Source: Lama guanicoe
Taxonomy: Eukaryota
Assembly (NCBI GenBank): GCA_013239625.1
Contig: MU054220.1
Coordinates: 4,465,374-4,529,373, forward strand
Reading direction: 5' to 3'
DNA: 64,000 nt
The position numbers were made by a program, and so were the translations under genes. Positions 13,610-27,189 of this stretch are shown here, piece by piece. Each line of letters opens with the position of its first letter. Positions within the stretch are counted from its first letter, which is position 1. The notes beneath the pieces are model-generated. The model saw nothing but the letters and a program-made list of their open reading frames with translations, was not told the DNA's origin and searched no databases.

Positions 13610-13930
13610 TGTGCCTTCCCTCCTGCCAGGAAGCCCTGAGCACTGACCTGTTCCGCACTAGCTCCTCCTCACACCGGCTCATGGCTCCTCCCTCCCTGTG
13701 CTCAGATCTCAGAGCGGCCTCTCTGCCTCAGCGTCTGAAATAGTCCCCGAGCCCCTGTCACTCTTCTCGCTTCTCCATAGTGCTGACCAACACCCTAACG
13801 GATCCTGTACACTGATTTGGTGATTGTCTCCCCAACTAAAATGTACACTCATGCAGGTGAGGACTGCATCTCCTGTTCCCAGCACGTAGAAGGTGCTCGA
13901 TAGATATTTCTAGGTGAGTGAATTAAATGA
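13610..13930 (+). mobile_element. L2 3' end
   Basis: GCACGTAGAAGGTGCTCGATAGATATTT...GAGTGAATTAAATGAA tail. Confidence 0.6.
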
Positions 13931-14746
13931 AAGCAATGAAATCCTCTCTCTCTCTTTTTTTAAGACTAGTTTCTAATTCAAACTTGGCCTCCCATCTCTC
14001 TCTAATTAATTCCAAGTAGGGATTGTATTTTCCCTGGCACACTTTTATTACAGAACTTTTAACCTGTGCTCTGCTTCCGGTTGCCTTCTCAAGTCCCTTG
14101 AGTGCTTGGGGAAGAGGAGGTGCAACCATCCCCACTGAGGGATGGGCCAATCTGGGCACCAGAGGTTGTGGGTGGATGCTGCCCCCTCAGACCCCCCATT
14201 GAGGGACTGCTCCGCCCCTCGCAGTCAGCCCTCTTTGGGGAGCTCCTCAGCTGAAGAGGGCCTCTTCCCAGCGTCCAGCTCCTTCCTGGGCAGCTGCACC
14301 CACAGGCTGACTGATGGACGAAGTGGGTGAAGGCCTGCTCCTTAGTCCCCCCTTAGACAGCACTGTAAGGCCACCCACCCTCGGAGTGACCCGGCAGGTG
14401 GTGGGCTATGCCCATTGTTCTGCCACCTACCCCTGCTTTCTTCCCTCTTGTCCTGGGTGGTGGATCCTGCATCACTCCCTGGTTGTGGCCCTGCTTGTAG
14501 CTCCCTGGTTGTGGCCCTGCACGTAGCTCCTCCTCAGAGTTGGCTCCGGGGAGACCTGACCATGACAGGAGGGACTTCCAGGTCCACCAGCAACCCCGTG
14601 GCTAAGTTCAGACCAGAGACCCAGACTCCTGGCTTCCAGGCCCCCAGCAGAGAATTCAGGCTACTGCATGCCTGGTCCAGGCCTGAGCACTGGGGATGCG
14701 TGTTCTCAGAAGACACATCTCTACTCCCTCCTCCATGCGAGAATCT

Positions 14747-14793
14747 CACACACACATACACACACACACACACAAACACACACCCACACACAC
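14747..14793 (+). repeat. Imperfect (CA)n microsatellite
   Basis: Direct read. Confidence 0.85.
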
Positions 14794-15644
14794 ATGCTTG
14801 AATAAGGAAAGCCAGTAGTTTACAGTGGTGATAAGTTGCATGGAGAAAAGTTTAGAAACAGGGGGAAGTGGTCACAAGGGTGGGAGAGGCGAGTGCGAGG
14901 GGTGGCCCTGGGAAGATGAAGGCGAAGAACAGGGCAGCCAAGGGTGCTGCCCACCATCCATAGCTCCCTTGCTACTGTCATGCCGGGTGGAGCTCAGGCT
15001 CTGTCACCCTGTGAATTCGAAAGGGGGGTGTTGGAGACCCCTCAGGCCCACTGACGGTCCCGCCCTCTGCCCCAGTGACCTGACTATGTCACCAGCATTA
15101 ACGAAAGGTTTCCCATCACATGAATTCTGGCCACTCCAAACCTTCAAAGTCACACACAGACCAAGACCCAGAAACTGGCCCTCTTCTTTCAGTTCCTTTG
15201 TAGGGAGAACATTTTGACTGGGGGTGAAAAGTAGAAAGAAGATAATGACGGTGTGCTGGAAGGGAGAGGGGCTGGGGCAGAGAAAAGCCAGCCTCCCTCC
15301 TTCAAAATCTTGATCTAAACCAGCTGCGGCCACAGGCACCAAGGCTGCACCGTTCCGCCTGGGCATTTGGCCAAGATATCTTGGGAGAGGCTCATCAGCA
15401 AAGGGTCCCCAGAGCCTAGCTGCTAGGATGGTCTCCTGGACCCCGGAAGGCAAAGTTCCCAGAGTAAGAGCAAGAAAGATGAATTCCTTCCCATGTAATA
15501 CTGCGGACGTGGGGTGAGAGGAAGGAGGAGATGGCTAAAATTGGGAGGGCGTATATAATGGTGCCTGGGGAGAAAAGAACTTTCCTTCATTGTAAGCATT
15601 CATCAAAATACCCCTATTTAAACAAAAAAAAGATAAACTTGGCT

Positions 15645-16075
15645 ACTGCGGCAGATCCTTCTTCTCCTGCCCATACTCCATACCCCATGACTCACGGCTT
15701 CACACAGCAAGCATCTGTACTGCTCTGCCTGGGGCTTCCCTCCAGACCCAGGGGAAACTGTTAGGGGCAGGTCAGAAGTGGCAGGGAGTTAATGTACTCT
15801 AGGAGCTGACCTTGGCCAGTGCTACAGGGAATCAGTGATAAATACCCTGCCTGTTGCCCCTCATGGGGTCTATGTGATGTGCTACCCAGGCTCCCTAAGG
15901 TCCCCAGCCCGACTGAGGCCAGTTGCCCATGGCGGTGACTTGCTCCTTAATGCAGTCTGGGTTGGTGTCCTTCCATCCTCATCTCATTTCCCCACCCCCT
16001 CACCCTTTCCTGGGATCACATCCCAAATAAACTGCACTTAGATCCCATCTCAGGGTTCATGTCTCCGGAGGTTAA
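15645..16075 (+). mobile_element. ERVL solo LTR (LTR16-like)
   Basis: TTTCCTGGGATCACATCCCAAATAAACT...TCTCAGGG 3' signature. Confidence 0.6.
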
Positions 16076-16329
16076 ATAACCTCATAGAAGATGTTCTGTA
16101 AAGGAAGCCATGGGTTCAAATCCCAGCTCCACCCTCTCCTCTCTAGGTGACTTCAACCTCTGAGCCTCAATTTCTTCACCTGTTAAATGGGGGTGATAAT
16201 AACAGTACCGACATCAACAATTTGTTGAAAGAATTGAATGAGATAATTCATGTGGAGCAATTTTCTTAGTAAATAGTACTTGGTAAACACTCAAAAACTA
16301 CTAGCTGTGATTAATAGATGCTCATAAAA

Positions 16330-17150
16330 CTAGAGAATCAAATAACAGACAACAGCAATATTTACAACAAACCACAAGCAAAGGATTATCATCCCTAATA
16401 AACAAAGGATTCAAAGTTCTTATTCAAAGGACACGGATACATGATCTCAGAGGAGTAAATGAAAGTATCCAATATGCCTATTAAAAGATGTTCACCCTAA
16501 CTTCACTAATTAGAAAAGAAATGCTAAGAAAACCATAGTAATTCAATCACAAAAATCATCCAATTGGCAATATTTTTTAAAAGACTGATAATATTCTATG
16601 ATGATAAGGGGGCAGCAAAAACAGACAGCTAATGAAAGCACAAATTCCTCCAACCTTTCTAAGTGGCAGTTTGGCAGTTGTATTCAAATCTCAAATTCAC
16701 AAACCACTGGTAAGAATTCCTCGAACAGAAGTCCCACACTTGTGCAAAAAGGTTCAGGTGTAAAGAATATTCATTACAACATTATGTAAAGAAAAAAATT
16801 TCTAAAACCCAAACGTGGTTGGCAGGGGATGAAATGAATACATTACGGTATAGCCAAACAATCGAATTCTAAGGAGGCATTAAGACAAAAGAGAGATTTA
16901 TGTGTGTTGTCAAGGTGAGATTTATCATGAGATGGAAGTTGCACAGTTCTCTAGATAGCAACATCATATTTCTGATTAAATAATATTTTTCTATATCCTT
17001 GTAGATTGTTATAATTGGGTAGAAAAATCTGGAAATAACATATACTAAGTAGCGGAGATTGTTTCTGAGGTTCAGGGTTACCGGGATTTTGTTCATCTAA
17101 GTTACGCACTTCTATAATATTTAACATTTTGAAACAGGCATATAATCAGG
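16330..17150 (+). mobile_element. Old L1M (L1ME-like) 3' fragment
   Basis: A-rich, degenerate AAAAGATGTTCACCCT...ACTAATTAGAAAAGAAATGC ORF2-end motif. Confidence 0.6.
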
Positions 17151-18659
17151 AAAATCCATGCCAATCTGTCCTCCCACTTCTCTTGGGCTAGCAGGTCACT
17201 GCCCAGGCAGCACCACCCTGCCTCCCAAGACCACATGGGACAGGCCATGTAATTCTAAACACCAGGAGGCATCCTGCTACAGCACCATTTGAAGTGAAGA
17301 AAGCTCATAAGATAGTACATGTACCATAAGGTTAACATTAATACATATTTTCATATATTAATAGTTAATTAACCTTACTAATTAATTAACAATTAACTAA
17401 TAAGGCCACTATTAATATCAAGAAAAACTGGAAGAAGAAAAGAGCAAACTGTTAACAAAAGTGGCACATTGATTTTTGTTGTTGTTCTTTCTATTTTTCT
17501 GTATTTTTATATTCTCTCCACTGAGAAAAATATTTCCTTTTTAATTAGAAACAAAGCATATGGATTTTAAAAGAGAGGACATCAAGTTGGAGTGGTCTCA
17601 ACTCGCCATGACAGAGACTTACATTTGAGGGGATATGTGAGAATGTTCTGAAAAATGACCTCTTTATACCAACATGGAGATCAAACACAGGACACATGAG
17701 GCTTCCTGAGTGCCTGCAGCTTTTTTCCCAGTAATAAAGGGCCAAAACTGCCACAAACCACCAGGCCTCCAGTCCCCAACCCTTATGAGAATGCCTGTGT
17801 CTCACCAAACTTCAGTCTGCATTAGGTTTGGATGAAAGAGAAACCACAAGTGATCTTACTTTGGCCAGATATAAAGCACCCAGAACCTGCTCTTGAGGGC
17901 TCCTGCCTGGCCCCCTACTCAGATTTAAGGGACAACAATTATAAACATTTCTTACCCAGAAATGACAATAACAACAGTAATTAGTATCAAAAGGCTTTCC
18001 TATTGAAACCCCAAATCTCAGTCTCTCCCACTCAGGGCTGAAGGAGTGCCCAGTAATTAAAGGCATGAAAACTCCTTACCGGACCAGTTGGCGCTGGAGA
18101 ACGGGAGGCGCACGGAGCCCAGAGAAGAGCAGTTGCCCTTTTATTGCTAAAAACTTCACCTTTTCCATCAGGAAGTTTCATCCTTTTCATGCAGGTTTTT
18201 GAGACATTAAGTAGATGAGGTGTTTCAGCAATGCTAGTGACCATTGTCTCAAGCAGGGAGAGAAAAACAAGTTCTCCCCACCTCAGAAGGCCGGGGCGAT
18301 GGGGGATATGGTGCCTCTCTACTTGGGAGGGAACAAAATCCACCTGTGGGCATGGCCAGACGGGACCTTGACAGTGGGAAGCCCAGGAGGGAGCTTCTGC
18401 GCCCCTTGCCCTCTCCACACTGCCAGCATCTCAGGAGAGCCTCTATCACTCACACAGTGACCTGTATGAACTTGTACTACGTTGAGATTTATGTCTTCTA
18501 ACCGTGCTTCATGGAGGCCTTACAAAAACATTAGACGAGATGGCAGGCCAAGGGCAGGCCTCGACTGACTTAAGCTGGGCTTCCTAGAGGCAATAAAGAG
18601 AGGACTCTTCCCACCCAGTGACATATATGCCCATTATATATGGAGCATGTCCTACACAC

Positions 18660-18830
18660 CATACAAAAATGATGTCGTCTGCTACCCACAACAACCCTGA
18701 AGGTATTATCCTCCCCACCCTACAGATGAGAAAAAGGAGGCTCAGAGAGATGAGTGACTTGCTCAAAGTCACAAAGCTGGGGAGTGTTGAGGTCAAGATT
18801 CCAACCCAGGTCATTCTGACTCCACAACCA
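18660..18830 (-). mobile_element. MIR SINE
   Basis: TACAGATGAGAAAAAGGAGGCTCAGAGAGATGAGTGACTTGCTCAAAGTCACA. Confidence 0.8.
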
Positions 18831-18897
18831 GAGATGGGTTAGAGTCAGAGAAATGTCTCCAAACAACTCTTGGGAGTTCCTTTGGCAGGATGCTCAG

Positions 18898-19403
18898 TAT
18901 ACTCAGTTCCTGTCACCGCTGTAGTAAGTTACTGCTGGCTTAAAACCACACACATGTATTATTTTAGAGTTCACAAGTCTGAAAGAAGGCGCACTATGCT
19001 AGGCTCAAGGTGTCGGCAGAGCTGCATTCCCTTCTGGAGGCTCTAAGGGAAAATCCATTTCTTTGTACTCTGCAGCTCCTAGAAGGGCCCATATTTCTTG
19101 GCTTGTGGTCCCTTCCACCACCTTCAAAGCGAGCTATGGCCAATCAAGTCTTTCTCACAATGCCATCTCTTTGGTTCTCATTCTTCTGCCTCCCTCTTTC
19201 CCCACGTCAGGACTCTTGTGATTACACTGGGCACACCTAGATAACCCAGAGTGTTCTCCGTAAAGTCAGCTGATTAGCAACCTTAGTTCCATCTGCAACC
19301 CCTGGCCATGTAACGTAACATTATTTACAGGCCTTGCAGATTGGAACGCAGACACCCTGGGTGTGTGCCAGTGGGCGGGGGAGGACATGATTCTGCCTAC
19401 CAC
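18898..19403 (-). mobile_element. MLT1 (MaLR) solo LTR
   Basis: GGCTTAAAACCACACACATGTATTATT...CTTCTGGAGGCTCTAAGGGAAAATCC...ATTCTGCCTACCACA. Confidence 0.8.
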
Positions 19404-20324
19404 AGTCAGAGGGACAGTGACTCCGTGGAGTCACCAAACCCAGGGTCTGTGGGGTTTGAGAAACCGATTCCTAAGCTAGGAACATCAGTGATTTATCATT
19501 GTGGGAAGCACCCTTGACCCTGACGGGGTCAGAAAGACACAGTGTGAGGATTATTTAACGATTCTTATTGTTGTTTACTATTATCAAAGTAATATCTGCT
19601 CATTCAAAGTATTCAAGCATCACAGAAATGTGTGACCATGGGGCTGGATGCCATCTCTGAGCCACAGGATTAACCAACCCCAGACTTGTGATGCCAATCA
19701 ACAAACAATCCTTCTCAATTAACCACTGTATACTAAGTCTCCTGTTACTTGTAGTTGAAAATACACTTCCATCATTTATCTCTCACCCAGTGAGGCAAGG
19801 ATTCAAATAGCAGACTTCGACTCTGAAGGAGGAAGAGGACTTAGCCCCAACAAGAGTGTTTCAGGCAGGCAGAGTTGCATGGACCTGCACTTGATATGTT
19901 TTATGACTCAGAATTTGAATTCAGCCAGTGTGAGGAGTGCTATGAGATGAAAATGGAGACGGGATGGGGCTGGCATGAAGGGTTTTATAGACTATCATAA
20001 AAAAGCCTGGACTTTATCCTGCGGATAATTAGGGAGCCACTGAAGTTTCTGAAAATGGATTGACACAGTCATCTTTGCACTAGCTGCAGTTGGGAGGAGG
20101 GACTGGAGGGCTAAGAGTGGAGGCAGAGGAACCAGTTGGAAAGCTGCTCTCACTCAGTTTTGTCTTGTGTTTCCCTGGTGTCCTCCCCGGGGTGATGGTG
20201 GCCTCTCTCACCTTCTGTGCTCAAGCTCCAGGAGAACATCTCTACAAATCCCAAAGTCTGATATTACCTACTGTGTGCCAGGCTCTGCTGGGAGACCCAA
20301 CCCTGGTCCTCTAGACACTCAAAG

Positions 20325-20720
20325 ACTAACAGAAGCAACCCGAGTGTCCACTGACGGGTAAATGGATAAAGAAACGTAGTATATACAGACATCCAGCCTT
20401 AAAAAGGAAGAAAATGCTGACACCAGCTATGGCATGGATGAACCTTGAAGACATTATGCTGGGTGAAACAAGCCAGTCACAGAAGGACAAATACTACATG
20501 ATTCCTCTGATATGAGGTTCCTACAACTAGTCAGATTCATAGATGCGGAAAGTAGGATAGTGGTTGCCAGGGCCTGGGGGTGAGGGAGGAATGGGAAGTT
20601 AGTGTTTAATAGGGACAGTTTCAGTTTAGGAAAATGAAAAAATTTCTAGAAATAGAGCATAGGGATGGATGCACACTGTGAATGTAACTTATATCAGTGG
20701 ACAGTACACTTAGATGGTTA
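20325..20720 (+). mobile_element. L1MA/MB-type 3' end fragment
   Basis: CATGGATGAACCTTGAAGACATTATGCTGGGTGAAACAAGCCAGTCACAGAAGGACAAATAC. Confidence 0.85.
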
Positions 20721-23700
20721 GCTGGACCCCTAACTTCCCAGGCCCAGGCACGCCTTCTGCATCACACACCCCTAAGCTCCAATGGCAAGGCCACTGTCTG
20801 TTCACAGTGGGGTCCTGGGAAGGTCATGCCAAATCTCTGAGCCTCTGTTTCCCCATCTGTAAAATGGGAATGAAATAGAACTGAAAAGTCTTGGGGAGGA
20901 ATCCATGACATAACATCCAGGGTGTGGAAACAGCCCAGGGCCTGGTGCACAGTCATTGTTCAATCAGCAAGCTTCACCTTGCCCACCTTGCTTTGTGTTA
21001 AACTCTCTCTTAGCTTCTCTCAAAATCTGCATATCTTCCCTATTAAATGCAGGTGCTGGCTGAAAAGGTTACCTTTTTAAGAACTGACACTTGCCCACCT
21101 GTTGCTACAAAGGCCCTTATTTAGAAGACCCTAGTGGAAAGAGGTACCTTTGAGGGGTTTGGCCAGCGGCTGCTTTAAGTTTTCTTTGTAGCATCAGTAC
21201 CCTCCTCTCCAACACTACCTTTGTGTGTATTCCCAGGACTCCTTGTTTCTCCTGGCAAGCAAAACAGGTCCCATGAAGCATCAGCCCATGGGTCAGGGTG
21301 AGGCTTGGCCTTAGTACCACAGGGTGACACTAAAAGGGAGGAGGGAGCTGAGAGGAGGTGTGGGATCCAGCCCGGCTTACTGCACCGAGGCCTGCTTGCA
21401 TTAGGACAGGTTCTTCTGCCGGGCACTTGGAAGCATTAACAATCAGGGACTACCCTAACTGGGTTCAAGGACTGAGAGTCCCTGGGCGCTCCAGTGCAGC
21501 AGATCTGAGTTGCAAGTCTGCTCAAGGGCTGATTTACTTCAAGTTCACCCTTGTCCTGAAGTTATAGATATTTGAGGTTCCAACTTAAAGGAAAAGAGTT
21601 ACCGGTTTTGTAACCGATTCTGTTAGATTACCAAATGGTCTCATTGCAAAGATAGTTTTGAGTGAGGGGCTTACTTCTCTGAGTTTTCACCTTCTAGATT
21701 TTGGTCCAATACTTCATCCTCATCTTGTCAACTTTTTAATGATTTTAACAAAATGAATGTATATTTCACCCAGCTTTTTAAGTTGTCACCAGTAGGAGGA
21801 TTTATCCAAATTATTTAGCTTGCCATTAACAGAAATGAAAGTTTACCTGTATTCTCATAGAGATAGATGTCTACAAGCCAAGGGACTCCAAGGATTTCTG
21901 GAAGCCACCAGAAGCTAGGAGAGGGGCATGGAATGGATTCTCCCTCGGAGTCTTCATAAGGAACCAACCTGGCCATCACATTAATGTCCCACAGCTAGAG
22001 GACTCTAATATAGCTGGCTGCCACAGGAAGTCAGCCTACCAATGTGATCCTCACTCTAAATTCAAAGGTGTATATCTTGAGCTGTAAGTCTCCTTCTCTT
22101 TTTGCCTTGTGGAATCTCATAATGGCCATTGCACAAACATGTATTGAACACTTACCGTTTGCCAGGTATTGTTCTCAGTTCTGGGGACACCACAGTGAAC
22201 AAGGGAGACAAACTTCTCTGCCTTCATGGAGCTTTCATTCAGGTTATTATCTTGGCACTTCGGCTCCCTCGAATCCCCCATGTTGTAATGATTTTATACA
22301 TCTCCTGGAGGAAAAAAGATAGAAAGTTCTGGGATAGGAGTTTGCATTTAATAAATGAAGAAATACTGAATGTTGTGATATTGCCTAATTCAAGGAAAAC
22401 CCGGGGAGTGAATTATCCTTAGGACCTCATTCTTTTGAGGACTCAAGAACAGCTCCCTCAACTGTCATCAAAACCACTTCAATCTCCTCTGCATTTTCCC
22501 TTTAATTAGATGTTTCTCCCTAATTTCCTGATCTGGGAGCTCCCTTTTATATCAAGTGCAATCAAATTGCCTTACTCTCATCCACTGCAGAGGTTGAAGG
22601 CAGACCAAAGTAACTTTAAACTATTAATAACATGGGGATGGTATTTGATTGAGAATTATTACTTTGCAAACTATTATTATATATACTGAGATTTCTTTTC
22701 CAGCATATATATCAAAACCAACCAAAGCACAAGGCATCTACATTTTTTAAAAAACTCTATGATACATGCATATGGAATCCATAAATGGAACACAGACACA
22801 TTAAACCTACCACTCAGACTCATTTTGTGCATAGAACACATATGACAATTACTTAGCTGCCTGGGATAGTGTTGGATTATCTCATAAAATCTGTGTCTAT
22901 GCCCATATATTTGGCGCTGGCTGTGTCTCATGCCAGGTCACATTGTGCAGTCTTTTCTCTAAGACATTAGATCTCAAAGTCCAGTGTCATCAACATCACT
23001 TTGAGTGGATGGGTGCTAATAAAAAAAAAAGATAAAAAATATGCTTAGAGGTTGTGATTTAGCATTATTGAGGTGTCTGCATTTAACCAGCTTCCAAATG
23101 ATTCTGATGCAGAAAAACCCTGCTCCTGGGTGTTCTCCCCTGGTCCTGGCTTGTTACTTGGGTTACATGTGAACTTTTCCTTTTCATTTATACTCAGTCT
23201 GTACTTAGCCTTACCAGTAAACCTACTGCAGAAACTCTTTTCTTGTGCCTGTCAGTGACAGCAAATCACCTGTGTCAGGGTATACTCCTAATCTGCTGGG
23301 TTTAGCGATGACTCCTACTACTACCAGGTGGGTCCAGACCTCCTGGGAGGCATAAGACAATCTTCCCAGAAAGGTCTCTTCTGGTCACCTGCAGGACTGC
23401 ACAGCCAAGCACAGCTGTCAGTTTGAGATGGGTTTTACGGCCGCTCCTGGTATTGGTGTGAATCACCAAAAACACCTCAATCGTGTAAATTTCAAAACCA
23501 TGTATTAGGAGTATAAATGACTTCATTTTCCCAAAAACTAGCTACTGCCCAGAGTCCTTCTGCATGGGTTTCCAGAAGTCCAGAGCTATTTCCATGGAGT
23601 TGGGAACATGGACACTGGGGTCAAGGGCAGTGGGGGACACAAGTCACAAAGGTGGACTGAGCCTGCATGCTAGCTCTGCTCCTTGCCTCGTGAGGGATTC

Positions 23701-23984
23701 TGGAAACAGGCCCTTTTCTTCTCTGAACCATCAAGAGCACCCTCATTCTTTAGAGCTGAGGACGCTCTGTTGCAAAATTCTGGGGAAAAGTCAGTGAAAG
23801 AGTGGGTGAGAAAGTAAAGGGCAAAAGTCATTCATATATTCAACAAGGACTTACTGAGTGCCTACTATGTGCCAGATTGCCCCAGGAGATATGGTGGCAA
23901 CAAAAGCAGACATGATGTCTGTTCTTATGGAGCTCAGAGTCTACCAGGTAGACAGACATAATCAAATAAATAGCTCTGAAATGG

Positions 23985-24510
23985 CAATACCCAAAATATA
24001 CAAACAGCTCATACAGCTCAATAACAAAAAACAAACAACCCAATCAAAGAATAGTAGAAGACCTAAATAGACATTTCTCTAAAGAAGCCATACAGATGGT
24101 CAACAGGCACATGAAAAGATGCTCAATATCACCAATTATCAGAGAAATGCAAATCAAAACTACAATGAGATATTATCATCTCACACTGGTCAGAATGGTC
24201 ATCATTAAAAAGTCCATAAACAATAAATGCTGGAGAGCATATGGAGATAAGGGAACCCTCCTACTCTGTTGGTAGAAATGTAATTTGGTGAAGCCGTTAT
24301 GGAAAACAGTATGGAGGCGCCTTAAAAAACTAAAAATAGAGTCACCATATGCTCCAGCAATCCCACTCCTGGGCATATATCCAGAGAAAACTCTAATTTG
24401 AAAAGATACACATATCCCAATGTTCACAGCAGCACTATTTACAATAGCCAAGACATGGAAACAACCTAAATGTCCATAGACAGATAACTGGATAAAGAAA
24501 ATGTGGAAAA

Positions 24511-24546
<36 letters not shown>

Positions 24547-25015
24547 TAGGTTGATCGATCGATCTACACACACAATGGAATACTACTCAGCCATTAAAAG
24601 AATGAAATAATGCCATTTGCAGCAACATGGATAGATCTAGAGATTATCATACTAAGTGAAGTGAGACAGAGAAAGATAAATATCATATGATATCACTTAT
24701 ATGTGGAATCTAAAAAAAAAGATACAAGTGAATTTAATTACAAAACAGAAAGAGACTCACAGACACAGGAAACAAACTTATGGTTACCAAAGGGAGGGAC
24801 AAATTAAGAGTTTGGGATTTATAGATACACACTACTATATATAAAACAGATAAACAACAAGGTCCTAATGTATAGCACAGGGAACAATATTCACTTTACT
24901 GTAATAACATATAATGAAAAAGAATATATATATGTATGACTGAATCACTATGCTGTATACCAGAAATTAACACAACATTGTAAAGGAACTATATTTCAGT
25001 AAAGAAAAAAAAAAC
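23985..25015 (+). mobile_element. 5'-truncated L1 (end of ORF2, 3' UTR, polyA), cetartiodactyl type, inserted in an L2 remnant
   Basis: Typical L1 ORF2 C-terminal sequence (CAGGCACATGAAAAGATGCTCAA...GAAATGCAAATCAAAACTACAATGAG), 3' UTR ...GATAAACAACAAGGTCCTAATGTATAGCACAGGGAAC..., A-rich tail. Confidence 0.88.
24511..24548 (+). repeat. Compound (TAGA)n(CAGA)n microsatellite inside the L1
   Basis: Direct read. Confidence 0.9.
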
Positions 25016-25444
25016 AAGGAAAAGAAAGAAAGGAAGAAGTGATCAATGCTAAGAAGCAGACTGTTAATGGTCAAAGTCATGGACCAGTGGCAGGGGCTAA
25101 CTGACAAGGAACACTGGTGACAGCTATGACCCAGAGCTGCTGGCAGAGTGAAGTAGTGCCTGGCAGAGGAAAGGCAGGGGTAGCAGGACTGGTAGAAGGC
25201 AGCACAGAGATTGGAAGGGCGAGGCTCGGAGAGGACAGCTCAGGTCAATGAGATGATGCCTGGGGAACTAGGTGGGGAGGGCTATTCAGGGGTTTGGATC
25301 TTGATGCCTTGCACTCTGCCATCTGTGTGTCACCCCTCATGCTGGTCCCTCTGGATGTCTTTTCATCCTCAGTCTCTCCAGACCCTTCCTATTGCATGCT
25401 CATTAGTTTATCGTCTCACTGTCACGAGATGGAAAGAGGGCAAT

Positions 25445-25690
25445 ATGGCAGAGTGGTCAGAGTGCAGGCTGTGGAGCAAGCAAACCTGGTTTTGAATCTT
25501 GGGTCTGCTGCATATTGCCTCTGTGATCTTGGGCAAGATGCTCCATCTCTCTCAGCCTCAGTCTCCTCTTCTGTGAAATAAGGAAATAACATTACTTACC
25601 TCATGGGATCAGTATAATGAATTAATATATCTCAAAGTTTTAGAACAGTACCTGGCCCATAGTTAAGGGGGGGATAAGTATTGCTATTAA
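25445..25690 (+). mobile_element. MIR SINE
   Basis: CAGCCTCAGTCTCCTCTTCTGTGAAATAAGG core; TAGAACAGTACCTGGCCCATAG 3' part. Confidence 0.75.
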
Positions 25691-25889
25691 TATAACTGGT
25701 GTTCTAAGCTCATTTACTTCTTGCAAAAACCCTATGATAGTTACACTGTTATTACTGACACTCTAGATAAGGATTCTCTCATTCATTTAAAAAAAAATAT
25801 GTTAGCTACTATGCGAGGAGCTAGGATGCACAGTGAGCAAAACAAACACAGGCCCTGTTCCTAGATACAGGAGGAGCAGTTAAAATACT

Positions 25890-27050
25890 ACTGGGCTCCC
25901 ACTGGCCAAGTCTGGGACAATTTGGGCCTCCATATAAATAATGATAGTGACAATTATAAGGTATTGAATAAAACAGGAATTCATGAGTCCATGTTGGTAT
26001 AAATAAATATACAAATAAATAAATGGAGGGTGGAGGAAAATTCTTTGTTATGTTAGAAAGCCAACTAATGAATATAGAAGAAATGATGGAGTTTTTTTTA
26101 AATCACCCATTGGCAAATATCACAGTAATAACTGATTCAGGCAAGAAATGTCAATGGATGCTAAAACCACTGGGTGAAAATTTGATGAGGAATAGTGTAT
26201 GTACATACTCTCAAAATACTTGTTAATTACAATGAGGAATAGCACATCTTTATAGTAAAAAAGAAGACCAAAAACCTGGCAGACACCAGCTTAACCAAGA
26301 GATTAAAGTTAACATCACCAGTGATGCGACAAACTGATGTCATGTGCCTCCTGAATTGAGGCACCGAGAAGGACACATCACTCCTGGGGCATTTCTGCCA
26401 AATATGCATAACCTGAATTTAATTGTGAAGAAACAGCAGACAAACTTCAATTTAGGGGCATTCTACAAAAATAATTGCTTTGTCTTCTTCAAAAATTCTA
26501 AGATTACAAAAGACAAAGGCAGATTGTGGGACTGTTCCAGATTAGAGACCTGACAACTAAGTGCAACATGTGGTCCTGGATAGAATCCTGAAGTAGGAAA
26601 ATAATTTTTTTTTTCGCTATGAAGGACATTATTGGGACAACTAAGAAACTATGAATGTCTATGGGTTACATTATTGTATTTATATTTATATCTATATTAG
26701 TAATTTCTATTCATATTAATTTATTTATATTTATATTAATCACCTGAATTCGACAATTGGACTGCGGATGTGAAAGACAAAGTCCTTATTCTTAGGAATA
26801 CACATTAACGGGTATTAAGGGGTAAAGGCTTCATATTTGCAACTATCTCTCAGATGGTCCAGAAAATAATATTACTGATGTGTGTGTGTGTATATGAATG
26901 GATAGACAGACAGACAGACAGACAGATAGATAATATGATAAAGAAAATGATGTAAAATGTGAACATTTGGGGAATCAAGGTTAAGGATATACAGAAGTTC
27001 TTTGTACTATTTTTGTACATTTTTTTCCCTCTAAATCTGAAACTATTTGA
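25890..27050 (+). mobile_element. L1MC-type 3' end
   Basis: CTTAACCAAGAGATTAAAGTTAACATCACCAG, AATATGCATAACCTGAATTTAAT, and terminal GTTCTTTGTACTATTTTTG motifs. Confidence 0.75.
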
Positions 27051-27063
27051 ACTAAATCTGAAA

Positions 27064-27189
27064 CCCTCCCTCCATGCCTGGTTTGGGGTGGGGCAGGGCA
27101 GAGGGAAGGAGAGAAATTGACAGCTATCAAAAAATCAGCCCTCCCTCCATGCCTGGTTTGGGGTGGGGCAGGGCAGAGGGAAGGAGAGA
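27064..27189 (+). repeat. Two identical 51-bp direct repeats (27064-27114, 27139-27189), each with a G-quadruplex motif
   Basis: CCCTCCCTCCATGCCTGGTTTGGGGTGGGGCAGGGCAGAGGGAAGGAGAGA occurs twice. Confidence 0.93.

Noticed and set aside
24176..24571. 131-aa minus-strand ORF
   Set aside because: Antisense reading of L1 ORF2-end sequence starting in a microsatellite; a common spurious ORF.
27064..27189. Repeat-spacer-repeat resembling a minimal CRISPR array
   Set aside because: Only two repeats, mammalian context, no cas genes; explained as a local duplication.
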